Shown: positions 1 through 10,073, counted from the stretch's first letter. The stretch is DNA of 64,000 bases from an uncultured Clostridium sp. (GCA_964370265.1 CAYJIP010000005.1:29915-93914), one strand, 5' to 3'. Numbers and translations: made by a program. The notes: generated by a model from the sequence alone, not told the origin.

Positions 1-1
1 A

Positions 2-469
2 GCAGATGTTTTAGATATGACAGTAGAAGAAGCATTAGAATTCTTTTCAAATATACCTAAAATTAAAACAAAAATGCAGACATTATTTGATGTTGGTTTA
101 AGTTATATTAAATTAGGACAACCATCAACAACTTTATCAGGAGGAGAAGCACAAAGGATAAAATTAGCTAGTGAATTATCAAAAAGAGCAACGGGAAAAA
201 CAGTATATATATTAGATGAGCCTACAACAGGTCTTCATATAGCAGATGTCCATAAATTGGTAGAAATACTTCAAAGATTAGTTGATACAGGAAATACTAT
301 AATAGTTATAGAACACAATTTAGATTTAATAAAAACAGCAGACCATATTATTGATATCGGTCCAGAAGGTGGAGATAAAGGTGGAGAAATTGTTGCAATA
401 GGTACACCTGAGCAAATAGTAGAAAATGAAAATAGTTACACAGGTAAGTTTTTAAAACAACATATATAA
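2..469 (+). CDS. uvrA: Excinuclease ABC subunit A, C-terminal fragment (5' end outside window)
   Basis: Frame open to window edge. Second ABC module motifs: LSGGEAQR signature, [10 protein letters not shown] Walker [16 protein letters not shown]. Confidence 0.9.
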   Translation, partial: ADVLDMTVEEALEFFSNIPKIKTKMQTLFDVGLSYIKLGQPSTTLSGGEAQRIKLASELSKRATGKTVYILDEPTTGLHIADVHKLVEILQRLVDTGNTIIVIEHNLDLIKTADHIIDIGPEGGDKGGEIVAIGTPEQIVENENSYTGKFLKQHI

Positions 470-486
470 ATTTTGTAGGAGGTCAT

Positions 487-1251
487 TTGATGATATATTA
501 TTTTTCGGGAACAGGTAATTCAAAATGGGTTTCAGAAAAAATTGGAAACAGTTTAAACGAAAAAGTAGAAAATTTAGCAAAAATAGAAAATTTTAGTGAA
601 TTAGAAAATGAAAAATATATAGGAATAATATTTCCTGTATATGCATTTTCAGTACCACAAATTATAAGAGAATTTTTAAATAAATTGAAACAAGAATTAG
701 ATAAAAACGCAGATAAGGATAGATATATATTTGCAATAATAACATGTGCAGGTGAACCTGCAGCAATAGCTAATGTATTGAATGAAATAATGGAATTCGA
801 TTTTATAGCATCAATAAGAATGCCAAACAATGATATATTCCATGTTTCTGCAAGTAATAAGATAGATGCAATTAAAACTATAGAAAAAGCTGAGAACAGA
901 ATTGAGGCTATAATAAAAAATATAAATAATAAAGAAAAAATAATAGATGTTAAAAATGGAATTTTACCAGAATTAAAGACAATGTTAGGCAAAAAAGCAA
1001 ATAAATTTTTAATTAATAGGACAAAACCATTTTATGCAGATGATAAATGTACAACATGTTATTTATGTGAAAGAGTGTGTCCTGTAAATTCAATAAAAAT
1101 AGTAGAAGGAAAACCAAAATGGTATAATAAATGTTCGTTATGTACATCTTGTATAAATAGGTGTCCAAGAGAAGCAATTCAATATGGAAAAGGAACAATA
1201 AATAGAAATAGATATTATTTTGAAAAATATATAAAAATAGATAACAAGTAA
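487..1251 (+). CDS. Flavodoxin-like / 2x[4Fe-4S] ferredoxin fusion (EFR1-family-like)
   Basis: N-terminal YFSGTGNS flavodoxin-type loop. C-terminal CTTCYLCERVCP and CSLCTSCINRCP cluster motifs. GGAGG RBS at 479-483. Confidence 0.7.
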   Translation: MMIYYFSGTGNSKWVSEKIGNSLNEKVENLAKIENFSELENEKYIGIIFPVYAFSVPQIIREFLNKLKQELDKNADKDRYIFAIITCAGEPAAIANVLNEIMEFDFIASIRMPNNDIFHVSASNKIDAIKTIEKAENRIEAIIKNINNKEKIIDVKNGILPELKTMLGKKANKFLINRTKPFYADDKCTTCYLCERVCPVNSIKIVEGKPKWYNKCSLCTSCINRCPREAIQYGKGTINRNRYYFEKYIKIDNK

Positions 1252-1298
1252 TTTGTTATACTTGTTATCTGAATATAATTTAATGTACTATTAAGACA

Positions 1299-1478
1299 TT
1301 ATTGAGCTTTTTGATACTTTAAACTGATTTTTTGTTTTACTTTAATTTGAGCTTTTAGTTGTAAATATAAATATTTATCTAGTTTCTGACTTTGTCTTAA
1401 AATAAAGTTATAGTTAAAGTTATGCTTTACCATGTAGTTTAAAATATATTTATGAAATCTGATTAAAAAATTTAGCAT
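1299..1478 (-). CDS. Possible small basic protein (59 aa), below ORF-track cutoff
   Basis: ATG preceded by AAGAGGTGA RBS. A 59-codon open frame is unusual in stop-rich AT intergenic DNA. TGTATAAT-like -10 at 1498-1503. No recognisable family. Confidence 0.25.
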   Translation of the reverse strand: MLNFLIRFHKYILNYMVKHNFNYNFILRQSQKLDKYLYLQLKAQIKVKQKISLKYQKAQ

Positions 1479-1717
1479 AAAATCACCTCTTTAGAATATT
1501 ATACAATTTATGTAATTAAAAGTTTGTCGAAACTTGTAGAAAACATTAAAAAAGTTTAAAAAATAACACTTTTACTTAGATAACAACACAAATAGAGAAA
1601 AATAGGAAAAAATATCAGTTTATGTCATTTTTAGGAAGTTTAACAATAAATATAAAAAAAACATATAAAATATTTGATAAAAAATAGAATAAAATAAATA
1701 CTTAGAAGAAAAATATA

Positions 1718-1777
1718 TTTCAAATTAAAGCTTAAATTAAAACTTTAATTTAGTTTGAAATGTAATTTTCTTTTTTT
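1718..1777 (+). terminator. Interrupted hairpin plus T-tract immediately upstream of gpr RBS (terminator or attenuator)
   Basis: TTTCAAATTAAAG (1718-1730) pairs with CTTTAA...TTTGAAA (1743-1760) with a 5-nt bulge. Followed by TGTAATTTTCTTTTTTT. Confidence 0.4.
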
Positions 1778-1827
1778 GTGATATTTTATATGTAATTAAT
1801 ACATAATAAATCAGAGGAGTGATTATT

Positions 1828-2760
1828 ATGTATAATTTTAGAACAGATTTAGCATCTGAAAGAAGAGATGTATATCAAAAGATAAATAAACTAGAAAATA
1901 TTGCAGGTATTGAAACAGAAAAAGAGGAAATTAATGAAAAATTAAAAATAGAAAGAGTGCTTATTAATAGTGAGGAAGCAGAACAAATAATACAAAAACC
2001 AATAGGAACATATATTACGATAGATATAAATGATTTGAAAATAGCGCAAAGTGATGATATTCAATTATCTGCGGATGTTCTTGCTAAAGAATTAAAAAAC
2101 TTAATACAAAAACATGTAGACAATCAAGGTGAAATATTAGTTGTGGGTTTAGGGAATATATATGTAACGCCAGATGCTTTAGGTCCAAAAGTTGTTAATG
2201 AAATTGAAATAACAAGACATATTATTAATTATATGCCAGAATATGCAAAAGAAGGTGCTAGAAAAATAAGTGCAGTTTCACCAGGAGTATTAGGAACTAC
2301 AGGGATAGAAACAGTAGAAATATTAAAAGGAATAGTGGATAATATACATCCAAATCTGATAATTGTTATAGATGCATTAGCTTCAAGAAGTATTAGTAGG
2401 ATTAGTAGTACAGTTCAAATTTCAGATACAGGAATAGTACCAGGAGCAGGTGTTGGAAACACAAGAGCAGAAATCAGTCAAAAGTCATTGGGAATACCAG
2501 TTATTGCAATTGGTATTCCAACAGTAGTCGAAACGGCTGTAATTGTAAATGATAGTTTAGATTTATTTATAACAAAGCTACAAGATAATGCAAAATCAAA
2601 CGAATATTTAAATGATTTGAAGGAAAAGGACAATTATGAAGAAATAAAAGAGGCATTATCTCCAAATAATTATAACTTAATTGTTACACCAAAAGAGATT
2701 GATGAGTTGATAGAAAATATGTCTCAAATTGTAGCAGCAGGAATAAATAATGCAACATGA
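1828..2760 (+). CDS. gpr: Germination protease (spore endopeptidase GPR)
   Basis: N-terminal RTDLASE motif and overall GPR-like sequence. AGAGGAG RBS at 1812-1818 favours ATG 1828 over the track start 1819. Confidence 0.85.
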   Translation: MYNFRTDLASERRDVYQKINKLENIAGIETEKEEINEKLKIERVLINSEEAEQIIQKPIGTYITIDINDLKIAQSDDIQLSADVLAKELKNLIQKHVDNQGEILVVGLGNIYVTPDALGPKVVNEIEITRHIINYMPEYAKEGARKISAVSPGVLGTTGIETVEILKGIVDNIHPNLIIVIDALASRSISRISSTVQISDTGIVPGAGVGNTRAEISQKSLGIPVIAIGIPTVVETAVIVNDSLDLFITKLQDNAKSNEYLNDLKEKDNYEEIKEALSPNNYNLIVTPKEIDELIENMSQIVAAGINNAT

Positions 2761-2796
2761 AAATATTGTTGAATTAAATAATATTTTCAGAAAACC

Positions 2797-2825
2797 TTGT
2801 ATTTAGTAAAAGTTTATAATATAAT
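2797..2825 (+). promoter_or_regulatory. SigA-type promoter candidate
   Basis: TTGTAT (2797-2802), 17-nt spacer, TATAAT (2820-2825), upstream of the 2853 gene. Confidence 0.5.
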
Positions 2826-2852
2826 TTGCATGTAAAACAAGGGGGAAGAAAA

Positions 2853-3500
2853 ATGGAAGAGAATAAAAAAACAGAAGAAGTAAAATTTGAAAAAGTACAA
2901 GATTCAGGAATTAAAAAGGAAAATAAAAAAACTTCAAAAGGAGTGATAATAGGAATCATCTTAATAGTACTTATAGCAATTGTAGCAATAATAGTTGTAG
3001 CAGGAATAAACATATATAATTTTATATATCCTACTCCTAGTGTTCAAATAGAAAGAAGTTTGGAAATTGTAACTAATGAAAATTCAGATGAAATAATACA
3101 AGTACTACAATCAACATCTTTGATAGAAGGAGATATTAATTCAGATGGTTTACAAATATTTGTTGGAGAATTAGAATATAAAATCTTAAGCGAAGAAATT
3201 ACTGGAGAAACTGCATTAGTTGAACTTGAAATAACAAATAAAGATTTTGGAAAAGCATTTGAAAATGTTGTAACAGAAGTGTTTACAAAAGCTATTTCAG
3301 GAGAAGAAGTAACAGAACAAATGATTTCAGATATATTTTATGCAGAACTATCAGATGAAAATCTAGGAACATTAACAGAAATTAATAAAGTACAGTTAAC
3401 AAAAAATGAAGGAATTTGGACGATAACAGATCCTAATTTTGTATATTATCTATTACCAGGTCTACAAAATGTAGTTGAACAATTATCAGCTATGCAATAA
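2853..3500 (+). CDS. Membrane-anchored hypothetical protein (single N-terminal TM)
   Basis: AAGGGGGAAG RBS before ATG 2853. Lys/Glu-rich N-terminus, then the hydrophobic helix GVIIGIILIVLIAIVAIIVVAGI. No family recognised. Confidence 0.6.
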   Translation: MEENKKTEEVKFEKVQDSGIKKENKKTSKGVIIGIILIVLIAIVAIIVVAGINIYNFIYPTPSVQIERSLEIVTNENSDEIIQVLQSTSLIEGDINSDGLQIFVGELEYKILSEEITGETALVELEITNKDFGKAFENVVTEVFTKAISGEEVTEQMISDIFYAELSDENLGTLTEINKVQLTKNEGIWTITDPNFVYYLLPGLQNVVEQLSAMQ

Positions 3501-3504
3501 TTAA

Positions 3505-3540
3505 AAATATAAATATAAATATAAATATAAATAAAAATAT
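3505..3540. repeat. Hexamer tandem repeat (AAATAT)x6 directly after stop codon
   Basis: Starts 5 nt after the TAA at 3498-3500 and lies upstream of the terminator hairpin. Confidence 0.9.
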
Positions 3541-3587
3541 AATAATAAAATCTTAAAAAAATAGTAATAAAAAATAATATTAAGTAT

Positions 3588-3637
3588 AAAAATAGAAAAA
3601 TAGGAATTGTTTATTCAATTTCTATTTTTCTATTTTT
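3588..3637. terminator. Bidirectional intrinsic terminator
   Basis: AAAATAGAAAAATAGGAATTG pairs with CAATTTCTATTTTTCTATTTT, with A-run on the left and T-run on the right. Sits between convergent genes. Confidence 0.75.
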
Positions 3638-3638
3638 G

Positions 3639-3708
3639 AATGTCTAGTTTTTCTTTTTTGATTTTGCATGTCTAGTTTTTTTGTTTTTAGTTTTTTTGTT
3701 TTTAGTTC
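3639..3708. repeat. Direct repeats ATGTCTAGTTTTT x2 and TTTTTGTTTTTAG x2
   Basis: Read directly. Abuts the stop of the minus-strand gene ending at 3702. Confidence 0.7.
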
Positions 3709-4559
3709 TTTTCTATTTTTGAAGTACTGTACATTCTACAAATATCGCAGTCGTTACATAATGTAACTTTATTTCCAAAAATTATTTGCAATGTTTGAAC
3801 AAACTCACTAATTGATTCATCTAATAGATGAATATAAATTTTTTTTGGAAGAAGATTTAACAATGTATTTAAACTGTAATCATTTGTTGAAAAAGATATA
3901 TCACTTAAAAATTTTGAATTTGAAAAATCTGAAATATTCATAATTATTTCTTTATTTTCATCTAAAAGAATTGATTCAGAAGAAGAATAGATCAGATGAA
4001 TTAGATTTACAGTAGGAGGTTGAGAAGAAATATATGATTTCAGTAATGATGTGAATTCAATATATTCTTGTGCTAATAAAAAAGAAGTTACGGCCTTTGA
4101 AAGTAGTTTATCTAATAAATCTAAATATTCTTTCAATCTGAAGTATATAAAACCATCTAAAAAAATATTTTTATCTGATATTAAATGAGAATAGAGTTTT
4201 GGGTATATTAAATCAAATTTTTGATTGAAAAAAAATACATATTCTTCTGAAAGTATATTATAGTAATTACGTATAATTTCTGATAATTCATATTTTGAAA
4301 AATAAGAATAATTTGTAGAAAGTAGAAGATGTAATAAATTATCTTCATAATTATCAATAATATATATAGATAATAATTTTGATAATAGAGATTCTACATT
4401 ATCATTGTTTAAAGATTTATCAAAATGTAGGATAATATTATCATAAGATTTAAAAGAATTAAGTGAAAAAAAGATTTTTTCAAAATCACTATTTTTTAGT
4501 TCATTAAATAAATATGTTAAAACATCTATATTATTTGTTTTAAGGCATAGTGATTTCAT
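3702..4559 (-). CDS. Hypothetical protein, possibly YtxC-like sporulation protein
   Basis: GAAAGGAG RBS. 285 aa, a size compatible with the YtxC family. C-terminal CNDCDIC cluster. Assignment is from memory only. Confidence 0.6.
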   Translation of the reverse strand: MKSLCLKTNNIDVLTYLFNELKNSDFEKIFFSLNSFKSYDNIILHFDKSLNNDNVESLLSKLLSIYIIDNYEDNLLHLLLSTNYSYFSKYELSEIIRNYYNILSEEYVFFFNQKFDLIYPKLYSHLISDKNIFLDGFIYFRLKEYLDLLDKLLSKAVTSFLLAQEYIEFTSLLKSYISSQPPTVNLIHLIYSSSESILLDENKEIIMNISDFSNSKFLSDISFSTNDYSLNTLLNLLPKKIYIHLLDESISEFVQTLQIIFGNKVTLCNDCDICRMYSTSKIEKN

Positions 4560-4673
4560 AAAATATCTCCTTTCAATAAAGTTATTATCTACTAAAGTTA
4601 TAAAACTTATACATTATAATATGTTAAATGTTTTTAAAAGAAACTTGTCAAAGAAATATAAATAAATATACAT

Positions 4674-4708
4674 CAAAAAAAGTAGAAAGTTTTAAAACTT
4701 TCTACTTT
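4674..4708 (-). terminator. Intrinsic terminator of the GH57 operon
   Basis: Palindrome AGTAGAAAGTTTTAAAACTTTCTACT (4681-4706), followed on the minus strand by a T-run (plus-strand A-run 4674-4680). Confidence 0.8.
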
Positions 4709-4722
4709 ATGTATTGATTAGA

Positions 4723-6411
4723 TTAAGTAATACTCTTTATGATTTTTTCTGATTTTTTAAGTTCGGATTTTTTCTTGATAGTTTTATTTTTAATAATAGG
4801 ATTCATTATTGTGTTTACATAGTTATCACTATATAGCATATAATCAATATCAGGAAATACACAATCTTTTTTTGAAATATCTTTTAAAAAGCCTTCATCA
4901 ATAGTGTTTTCTTTAATTTGATAATATAATTTAGTAAAACGACCAATATGTTCTTTAATTCGTTTTTTAGCATAATCTACCATTGTACCATTTGTTATAA
5001 TGAATAACCAATCACTACTCTGTGCAAGTAAAAGTTCTCTTGCGCATTGATTTAATGCTTTTTTTAGTAATCCTTTAGCATTTGGAAAATTTGCGGCAAG
5101 TTCACACATTCTATCACCAGCAACATGTAAATGTTTATGTGCATAATCATTTGTAGGGTTAAGCCAAACTTCACTATAACCATTAGCACCCCAACTAGAT
5201 CTACAAGGTGATGCTACTTGCATTGTAGGATGTTTATCAATAAATTCGGAAGGTGTTATTAATTCGAAATTAGAATTATCATAATATACTTTTTTAAATA
5301 AGATATAAAGCCAATATGGACCTTCATACCACCAATGTCCATATAATTCAGCATCATAAGGACAAAAAACTAAAGGTGGAGTGTGCATATGTTGTGATAA
5401 TTGATCTATTTGTTTATTTCTACTGTCTAAAAAGTGTCCTGCTTGTCTTTCAGCAGAATCTTTAGCCCATTGTACATCATAATAATCTTTGTGTTCTGTT
5501 TTACCAGTAATTCTATGATATTTAATACCAGTATGAACTCTGACACCATTATGAGCAATATATGGTTTGATATATTCATAATCAGCTTCGTATCCAAGAT
5601 CTCTATAAAATTCCCTATAATTAAAATCGCCTGGGTATCCATCAATAGAGCTCCAAACTTGTTTAGAAGATTCGATATCACGACCGAAAGCAATAACTCC
5701 TTCAGGTGAAACGATTGCTGCAAAAGTACCATAAACAGGAGTAGGATCAGCGTATAAAATTCCGTGTGATTCTGTAATGATATAATCTATTCCAAATTCT
5801 TTTAAATATTTGTCAGATTCTGGAACATAACCACATTCTGGTAACCAAATACCTCTAGGTTTTCTACCGAAATATCTTTCATAAGTTTGAACACCAACCG
5901 CAATTTGAGCTTTAACAGTTTTTTCATTTACATACAAAATAGGGAAGTATCCATGTGTTGCTCCACATGTTATAATTTCTAGAACACCTAAATCTTGAAA
6001 ATGTTTAAATGCATTTATCAAATTACAATTATGTTCTTCTTTGAAAAATCTTAAATCTTCAGTATAACGATCAAAATAATATTTTGATAAATTATTTAGT
6101 TTTTGATCATATGCTGTTCTAATAATTTCTTTTCTAGATAATTCAATTAATTTTTTTAAGTAGTTTATATATTTTTTTTGTAAAACCTTATTGTCTAACA
6201 TAGATAATAAAGGAGGAGTCATAGACATTGTAATTCTAAAATCGACTCCTTCATCAACTAATTTTTTGAAATTTTGTAGTAATGGAATGTATGTTTCTGA
6301 AATTGCTTCATATAACCAAGACTCTTCTAAGTAATCATTACTTTCAGGGTGATGAATAAATGGAAGGTGTGCGTGAAGTACAAAACTAACATAGCCTTTT
6401 TTTTGATTCAT
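4723..6411 (-). CDS. Glycoside hydrolase family 57 protein (alpha-glucan branching-enzyme-like, DUF1957 C-terminus)
   Basis: N-terminal FVLHAHLPF motif and GH57-like core. ATG overlaps the upstream stop (TAATG). Confidence 0.8.
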   Translation of the reverse strand: MNQKKGYVSFVLHAHLPFIHHPESNDYLEESWLYEAISETYIPLLQNFKKLVDEGVDFRITMSMTPPLLSMLDNKVLQKKYINYLKKLIELSRKEIIRTAYDQKLNNLSKYYFDRYTEDLRFFKEEHNCNLINAFKHFQDLGVLEIITCGATHGYFPILYVNEKTVKAQIAVGVQTYERYFGRKPRGIWLPECGYVPESDKYLKEFGIDYIITESHGILYADPTPVYGTFAAIVSPEGVIAFGRDIESSKQVWSSIDGYPGDFNYREFYRDLGYEADYEYIKPYIAHNGVRVHTGIKYHRITGKTEHKDYYDVQWAKDSAERQAGHFLDSRNKQIDQLSQHMHTPPLVFCPYDAELYGHWWYEGPYWLYILFKKVYYDNSNFELITPSEFIDKHPTMQVASPCRSSWGANGYSEVWLNPTNDYAHKHLHVAGDRMCELAANFPNAKGLLKKALNQCARELLLAQSSDWLFIITNGTMVDYAKKRIKEHIGRFTKLYYQIKENTIDEGFLKDISKKDCVFPDIDYMLYSDNYVNTIMNPIIKNKTIKKKSELKKSEKIIKSIT

Positions 6412-7364
6412 TATTTAATCTCCTTTGTAAAAGATAGTGATGTAGCTGAAGATGGATTAGATAAATCATGAGTTCCATTTATTATAGATGTATTTTCATA
6501 AATTAAACTATATAAATCATCAACTTTAAATACATTTTTTAGATGTTCATTAGAAATTAGTGTTGATAAATTTTTATGAGATAATTTACCTGTTTTTGTA
6601 TTTTTAAAATGAACTGAATTAAATGGTGTATTAAATAAAATATGATCATTAGGAACTTCTAGTTGATTAGAAGCGTAAATCTCAACGTAATCATTTTCGG
6701 AATTAATAGGTTTTTCATAATATTTTCTACCTAATTTAACTATGTAATCACATTTGCTGTCATTAATGTTTAAATACCAACTATTAGCAAAGTCGTCTAT
6801 TTGTACTTCAAATGTATAATCATTAGATGTATTTGTTATTAATAAAACAGGGTATGTTGATTCGAAGAAAGTATATCCATAGCGATCTTTTAAAAGTTTT
6901 CTATCAGAAGTAGAAATTTCCCAATAAATAAATAAATTATTTGGAGTTTGAGCTAAAATTTTAACAACTGTTTTTTCATAAGTATATGGTAAGTCATAAT
7001 ATTCTAAAATAGAAATAGGGTTTGACTTAATTGATTTTTTAACAGTACTAACTTTTTTAGTAGTAGTTTTTTTAGTAGAAGTTTTCTTTGTTTTAGTTGT
7101 TTTCGAAGGGGTAGTAGATTTAACTGTTTTTGAAACAGTTTTTGATTTTGATGAAGCTAAACCATCGCTGTCATTTTTTTTAGTAGTTTTTGATGTTGTT
7201 TTAGTAGTTTTTTTAGAAACTGTAGTTGTAGCTTTTTTTGTTTTTTTAATATTTGTATCAACCTTTTCAGTAGGTTGTAATTTATTTTCAGCTTTTTTTG
7301 TTTTAGTTTCTTTTTTTGTAACAAGATCTTTTGAATCTTTTTCGTCTATTGTTTTTCTTGCCAT
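6411..7364 (-). CDS. DUF4912 domain protein with Lys/Thr/Ser-rich N-terminal region
   Basis: C-terminal half (YYDLPYTYEKT..LFIYWEIS) resembles DUF4912, the usual partner of clostridial GH57 genes. GGAGGAAGG RBS. Confidence 0.7.
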   Translation of the reverse strand: MARKTIDEKDSKDLVTKKETKTKKAENKLQPTEKVDTNIKKTKKATTTVSKKTTKTTSKTTKKNDSDGLASSKSKTVSKTVKSTTPSKTTKTKKTSTKKTTTKKVSTVKKSIKSNPISILEYYDLPYTYEKTVVKILAQTPNNLFIYWEISTSDRKLLKDRYGYTFFESTYPVLLITNTSNDYTFEVQIDDFANSWYLNINDSKCDYIVKLGRKYYEKPINSENDYVEIYASNQLEVPNDHILFNTPFNSVHFKNTKTGKLSHKNLSTLISNEHLKNVFKVDDLYSLIYENTSIINGTHDLSNPSSATSLSFTKEIK

Positions 7365-7543
7365 TTTCCTTCCTCCTATGTATTCTCTTTATTTCTTAAT
7401 ATATATTATACTAAAATCCTATTTTATTCAAGTGAAAAATGTAAAAAATAGGATAAAGAAAAATATTTTTAGTAAATATCTAATATTAGTAGATTAATAT
7501 AGAAGAAATGTATATAGGTATTTGACCAAGTAGACTAACAGAC

Positions 7544-7572
7544 TTGCAAAAAAAATGATTTAACTATATAAT
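7544..7572 (+). promoter_or_regulatory. SigA-type promoter of accD-accA-fabI
   Basis: TTGCAA (7544-7549), 17-nt spacer, TATAAT (7567-7572). Confidence 0.6.
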
Positions 7573-7599
7573 GTGGATAGTTTGAGAGGAGGAAAATCA

Positions 7600-8442
7600 T
7601 TGATAATAGACAAAGTAAAAAAAGTAAATAGTAAAGAAGATAGAATAAAAAATCAACAAGCATCAGATAGTATGGTTGGCAGATGGGTAAAGTGTGATAA
7701 TTGTAAAGAAATACATCATTTAGAAGAAGTACATGATAATAATAGTACATGTCCAAATTGTAATAAACATTTTAGGCTATCAGCAAGAAGAAGAATTAGA
7801 CAAATTGTTGATAAAGATACATTTGAAGAAATTGGTAAAGATATAATGACAAAAGATCCATTAGAATTTGCAGGTTATTTGAAAAAAGTAGATATATTAA
7901 AAGAAAAAACAAAAATAGATGAAGCAGTACAATGTGGAATATGCAAAATAGAAGGAAATGATGCAGTAGTAGGTGTGATGGATGGAAACTTTTTGATGGG
8001 AAGCATGGGGTCAGCAGTAGGGGAAAGAATAACACTTGCAGTGGAAAAAGCTATTGAAAAAAGAATACCATTAATAATGTTTTGTGTATCTGGTGGAGCT
8101 AGAATGCAAGAAGGAATTGTCTCTTTAATGCAAATGGCGAAAACATCAAGTGCAATAGCTAGATTGAATGAAGAAGGAATATTGTATATATCTGTGCTAA
8201 CAGATCCAACAACAGGAGGAGTAACAGCTTCGTTTGCCAGTTTAGGAGATATAATAATAGCAGAGCCGAAAGCATTAATTGGGTTTGCAGGTCCTAGAGT
8301 AATTGAGTCAACAATAAAACAAAAACTTCCAGAAGGATTTCAAAGATCGGAATTTTTATTAGAACATGGATTCATAGATAAAATAGTTGATAGAAAAGAT
8401 ATGAGAAAAACATTAGCTAAAATACTAAGATTACATAAATAA
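7600..8442 (+). CDS. accD: Acetyl-CoA carboxylase carboxyltransferase beta subunit
   Basis: Zn-ribbon CDNC..CPNC plus carboxyltransferase core. GAGAGGAGG RBS at 7585-7592 fits a TTG start at 7600 better than the track start 7573. Confidence 0.9.
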   Translation: MIIDKVKKVNSKEDRIKNQQASDSMVGRWVKCDNCKEIHHLEEVHDNNSTCPNCNKHFRLSARRRIRQIVDKDTFEEIGKDIMTKDPLEFAGYLKKVDILKEKTKIDEAVQCGICKIEGNDAVVGVMDGNFLMGSMGSAVGERITLAVEKAIEKRIPLIMFCVSGGARMQEGIVSLMQMAKTSSAIARLNEEGILYISVLTDPTTGGVTASFASLGDIIIAEPKALIGFAGPRVIESTIKQKLPEGFQRSEFLLEHGFIDKIVDRKDMRKTLAKILRLHK

Positions 8443-8466
8443 TAAAATAAGTAGAAGGAGGAAAAA

Positions 8467-9255
8467 ATGGCTAAAAAAGAAGCATGGGACAGAGTTGTTC
8501 TAGCAAGACAGTTTGAAAGACCCAAAGCAGGAGATTATATAAAAAAAATATTTGATGAATTCATAGAATTTCATGGTGATAGAAGTTTTGGAGATGACAA
8601 AGCAATTATTGGTGGTATAGCAAAATTAGGAAAAATTCCAGTTACAGTAATTGGAGAACAAAAAGGAAAAAATGCTAAAGAAAATATCGAAGTTAATTTT
8701 GGTATGCCAAGTCCAGAGGGATATAGAAAAGCATTAAGATTAATGAAGCAAGCTGAAAAATTCGAAAGACCAATAATAACTTTTATAGATACACCAGGAG
8801 CATATCCGGGAATGGGAGCAGAGGAAAGAGGACAAGGAGAAGCTATAGCAAGAAACATAATGGAAATGTCTAATTTAAAGGTTCCAGTAATATGTGTAAT
8901 AATAGGAGAAGGATCAAGCGGGGGAGCATTAGCAATAGGTGTTGGAGATAAAATCTTAATGTTGGAAAATGCAGTATATTCAATTTTATCACCAGAAGGT
9001 TTTGCAAGTATCTTATATAAAGATTCAAGTAAAGCAAAAGATGCTGCAGCTAATATGAAAATGACAGCAGAAGATTTGAAAACGCTAGGAATAATTGATG
9101 ATATAATATTAGAACCAGAAGAAGGTGCGCAAGCAGATTTTGAAAAAGTATCTAATGATATAAAGAAATATTTACAGGAAAATATTGAAATATTAAGTAA
9201 ATTATCTAAAGAAGATTTAGTATCTAAAAGATATGAAAAATTTAGATGTATGTAA
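8467..9255 (+). CDS. accA: Acetyl-CoA carboxylase carboxyltransferase alpha subunit (short form)
   Basis: [10 protein letters not shown] and GEGGSGGALA-type motifs ([13 protein letters not shown]). AGGAGG RBS. Confidence 0.9.
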   Translation: MAKKEAWDRVVLARQFERPKAGDYIKKIFDEFIEFHGDRSFGDDKAIIGGIAKLGKIPVTVIGEQKGKNAKENIEVNFGMPSPEGYRKALRLMKQAEKFERPIITFIDTPGAYPGMGAEERGQGEAIARNIMEMSNLKVPVICVIIGEGSSGGALAIGVGDKILMLENAVYSILSPEGFASILYKDSSKAKDAAANMKMTAEDLKTLGIIDDIILEPEEGAQADFEKVSNDIKKYLQENIEILSKLSKEDLVSKRYEKFRCM

Positions 9256-9293
9256 AAAATTAAAAATATATAATTAAATAAATTTGAAAGGAA

Positions 9294-10073
9294 ATGAGAA
9301 AAATGATATTAAAAGATAAAACAGTAGTGATTATGGGAGTTAGAAATAAATGGAGTATAGCTTGGGGAGCAGCACAATCAGCTTATGAACAAGGGGCGAA
9401 AGTAATTTGTACTTGCGCATCAGATAGTTTTGAAAAAGTAAAAGAATTAGTAAATGAAATACCAGGGACAACAGTATATTTATGTCAAGATGTTAGTAAA
9501 GATGAAGATATAGATACATGTTTAGAAGAAATAAAAAAAGATCATGGGAAAATTGATGGTATATTACATGCAATAGCACATGCATATACTGAAGATTTAA
9601 GAAATGATTTCATATTAACTTCAAGAGATGGATTTAGCCATGCTCATGATGTTAGTGCATATTCTTTAGTTGCAATAGTAAGAATGGCAAGAGAAAAAGA
9701 TATGTTAAATCCTGGTTCAAGTATAGTTGCATATACATACTATGGTGCTGAAAAAGTTATAGAAGGATATAATATAATGGGTGTTGCAAAAGCAGCATTA
9801 GAAACATCAGTTAAATACTTGTCAAAAGATTTAGGGAAAGATGGACATAGAATAAACGCTATATCTGCAGGACCAATTAAAACTTTATCAGCAAAAGGAA
9901 TAAAAGATTTTGGAACTATATTAGATGTAGTTGAAGAAAGATCACCATTAAAAAGAAATGTAACAATAAAAGAAGTTGGAGACAGTACAGCATTCTTATT
10001 TAGTAATATGTCAGCAGCTATAACAGGTGAAACTATTCACGTAGATAATGGTTTCTCGATTGTAGGAGTATAA
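9294..10073 (+). CDS. fabI: Enoyl-[acyl-carrier-protein] reductase (NADH), FabI type
   Basis: SDR fold with YNIMGVAKAALE (Tyr-x6-Lys) and ISAGPIKT motifs. The alternative ATG at 9303 is also possible. Confidence 0.85.
   Translation: MRKMILKDKTVVIMGVRNKWSIAWGAAQSAYEQGAKVICTCASDSFEKVKELVNEIPGTTVYLCQDVSKDEDIDTCLEEIKKDHGKIDGILHAIAHAYTEDLRNDFILTSRDGFSHAHDVSAYSLVAIVRMAREKDMLNPGSSIVAYTYYGAEKVIEGYNIMGVAKAALETSVKYLSKDLGKDGHRINAISAGPIKTLSAKGIKDFGTILDVVEERSPLKRNVTIKEVGDSTAFLFSNMSAAITGETIHVDNGFSIVGV

Noticed and set aside
498-992. 164-aa minus-strand ORF inside the flavodoxin/ferredoxin gene
   Set aside because: Fully antisense to a well-supported gene. Low-complexity Ile/Phe/Ser-rich translation typical of shadow ORFs in AT-rich DNA. 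No RBS.
1802-1808. CATAATA resembling a sigma-G/F -10 element for gpr
   Set aside because: No acceptable -35 (GTGATA does not fit GHATR), and the implied transcription start would fall inside the gpr RBS.
7466-7495. FapR-like operator upstream of accD (region containing the palindrome CTAATATTAG, 7480-7489)
   Set aside because: Only a 10-nt AT palindrome. It does not match the TTAGTACC..GGTACTAA-type FapR site as I remember it. Such palindromes are expected by chance in AT-rich DNA.
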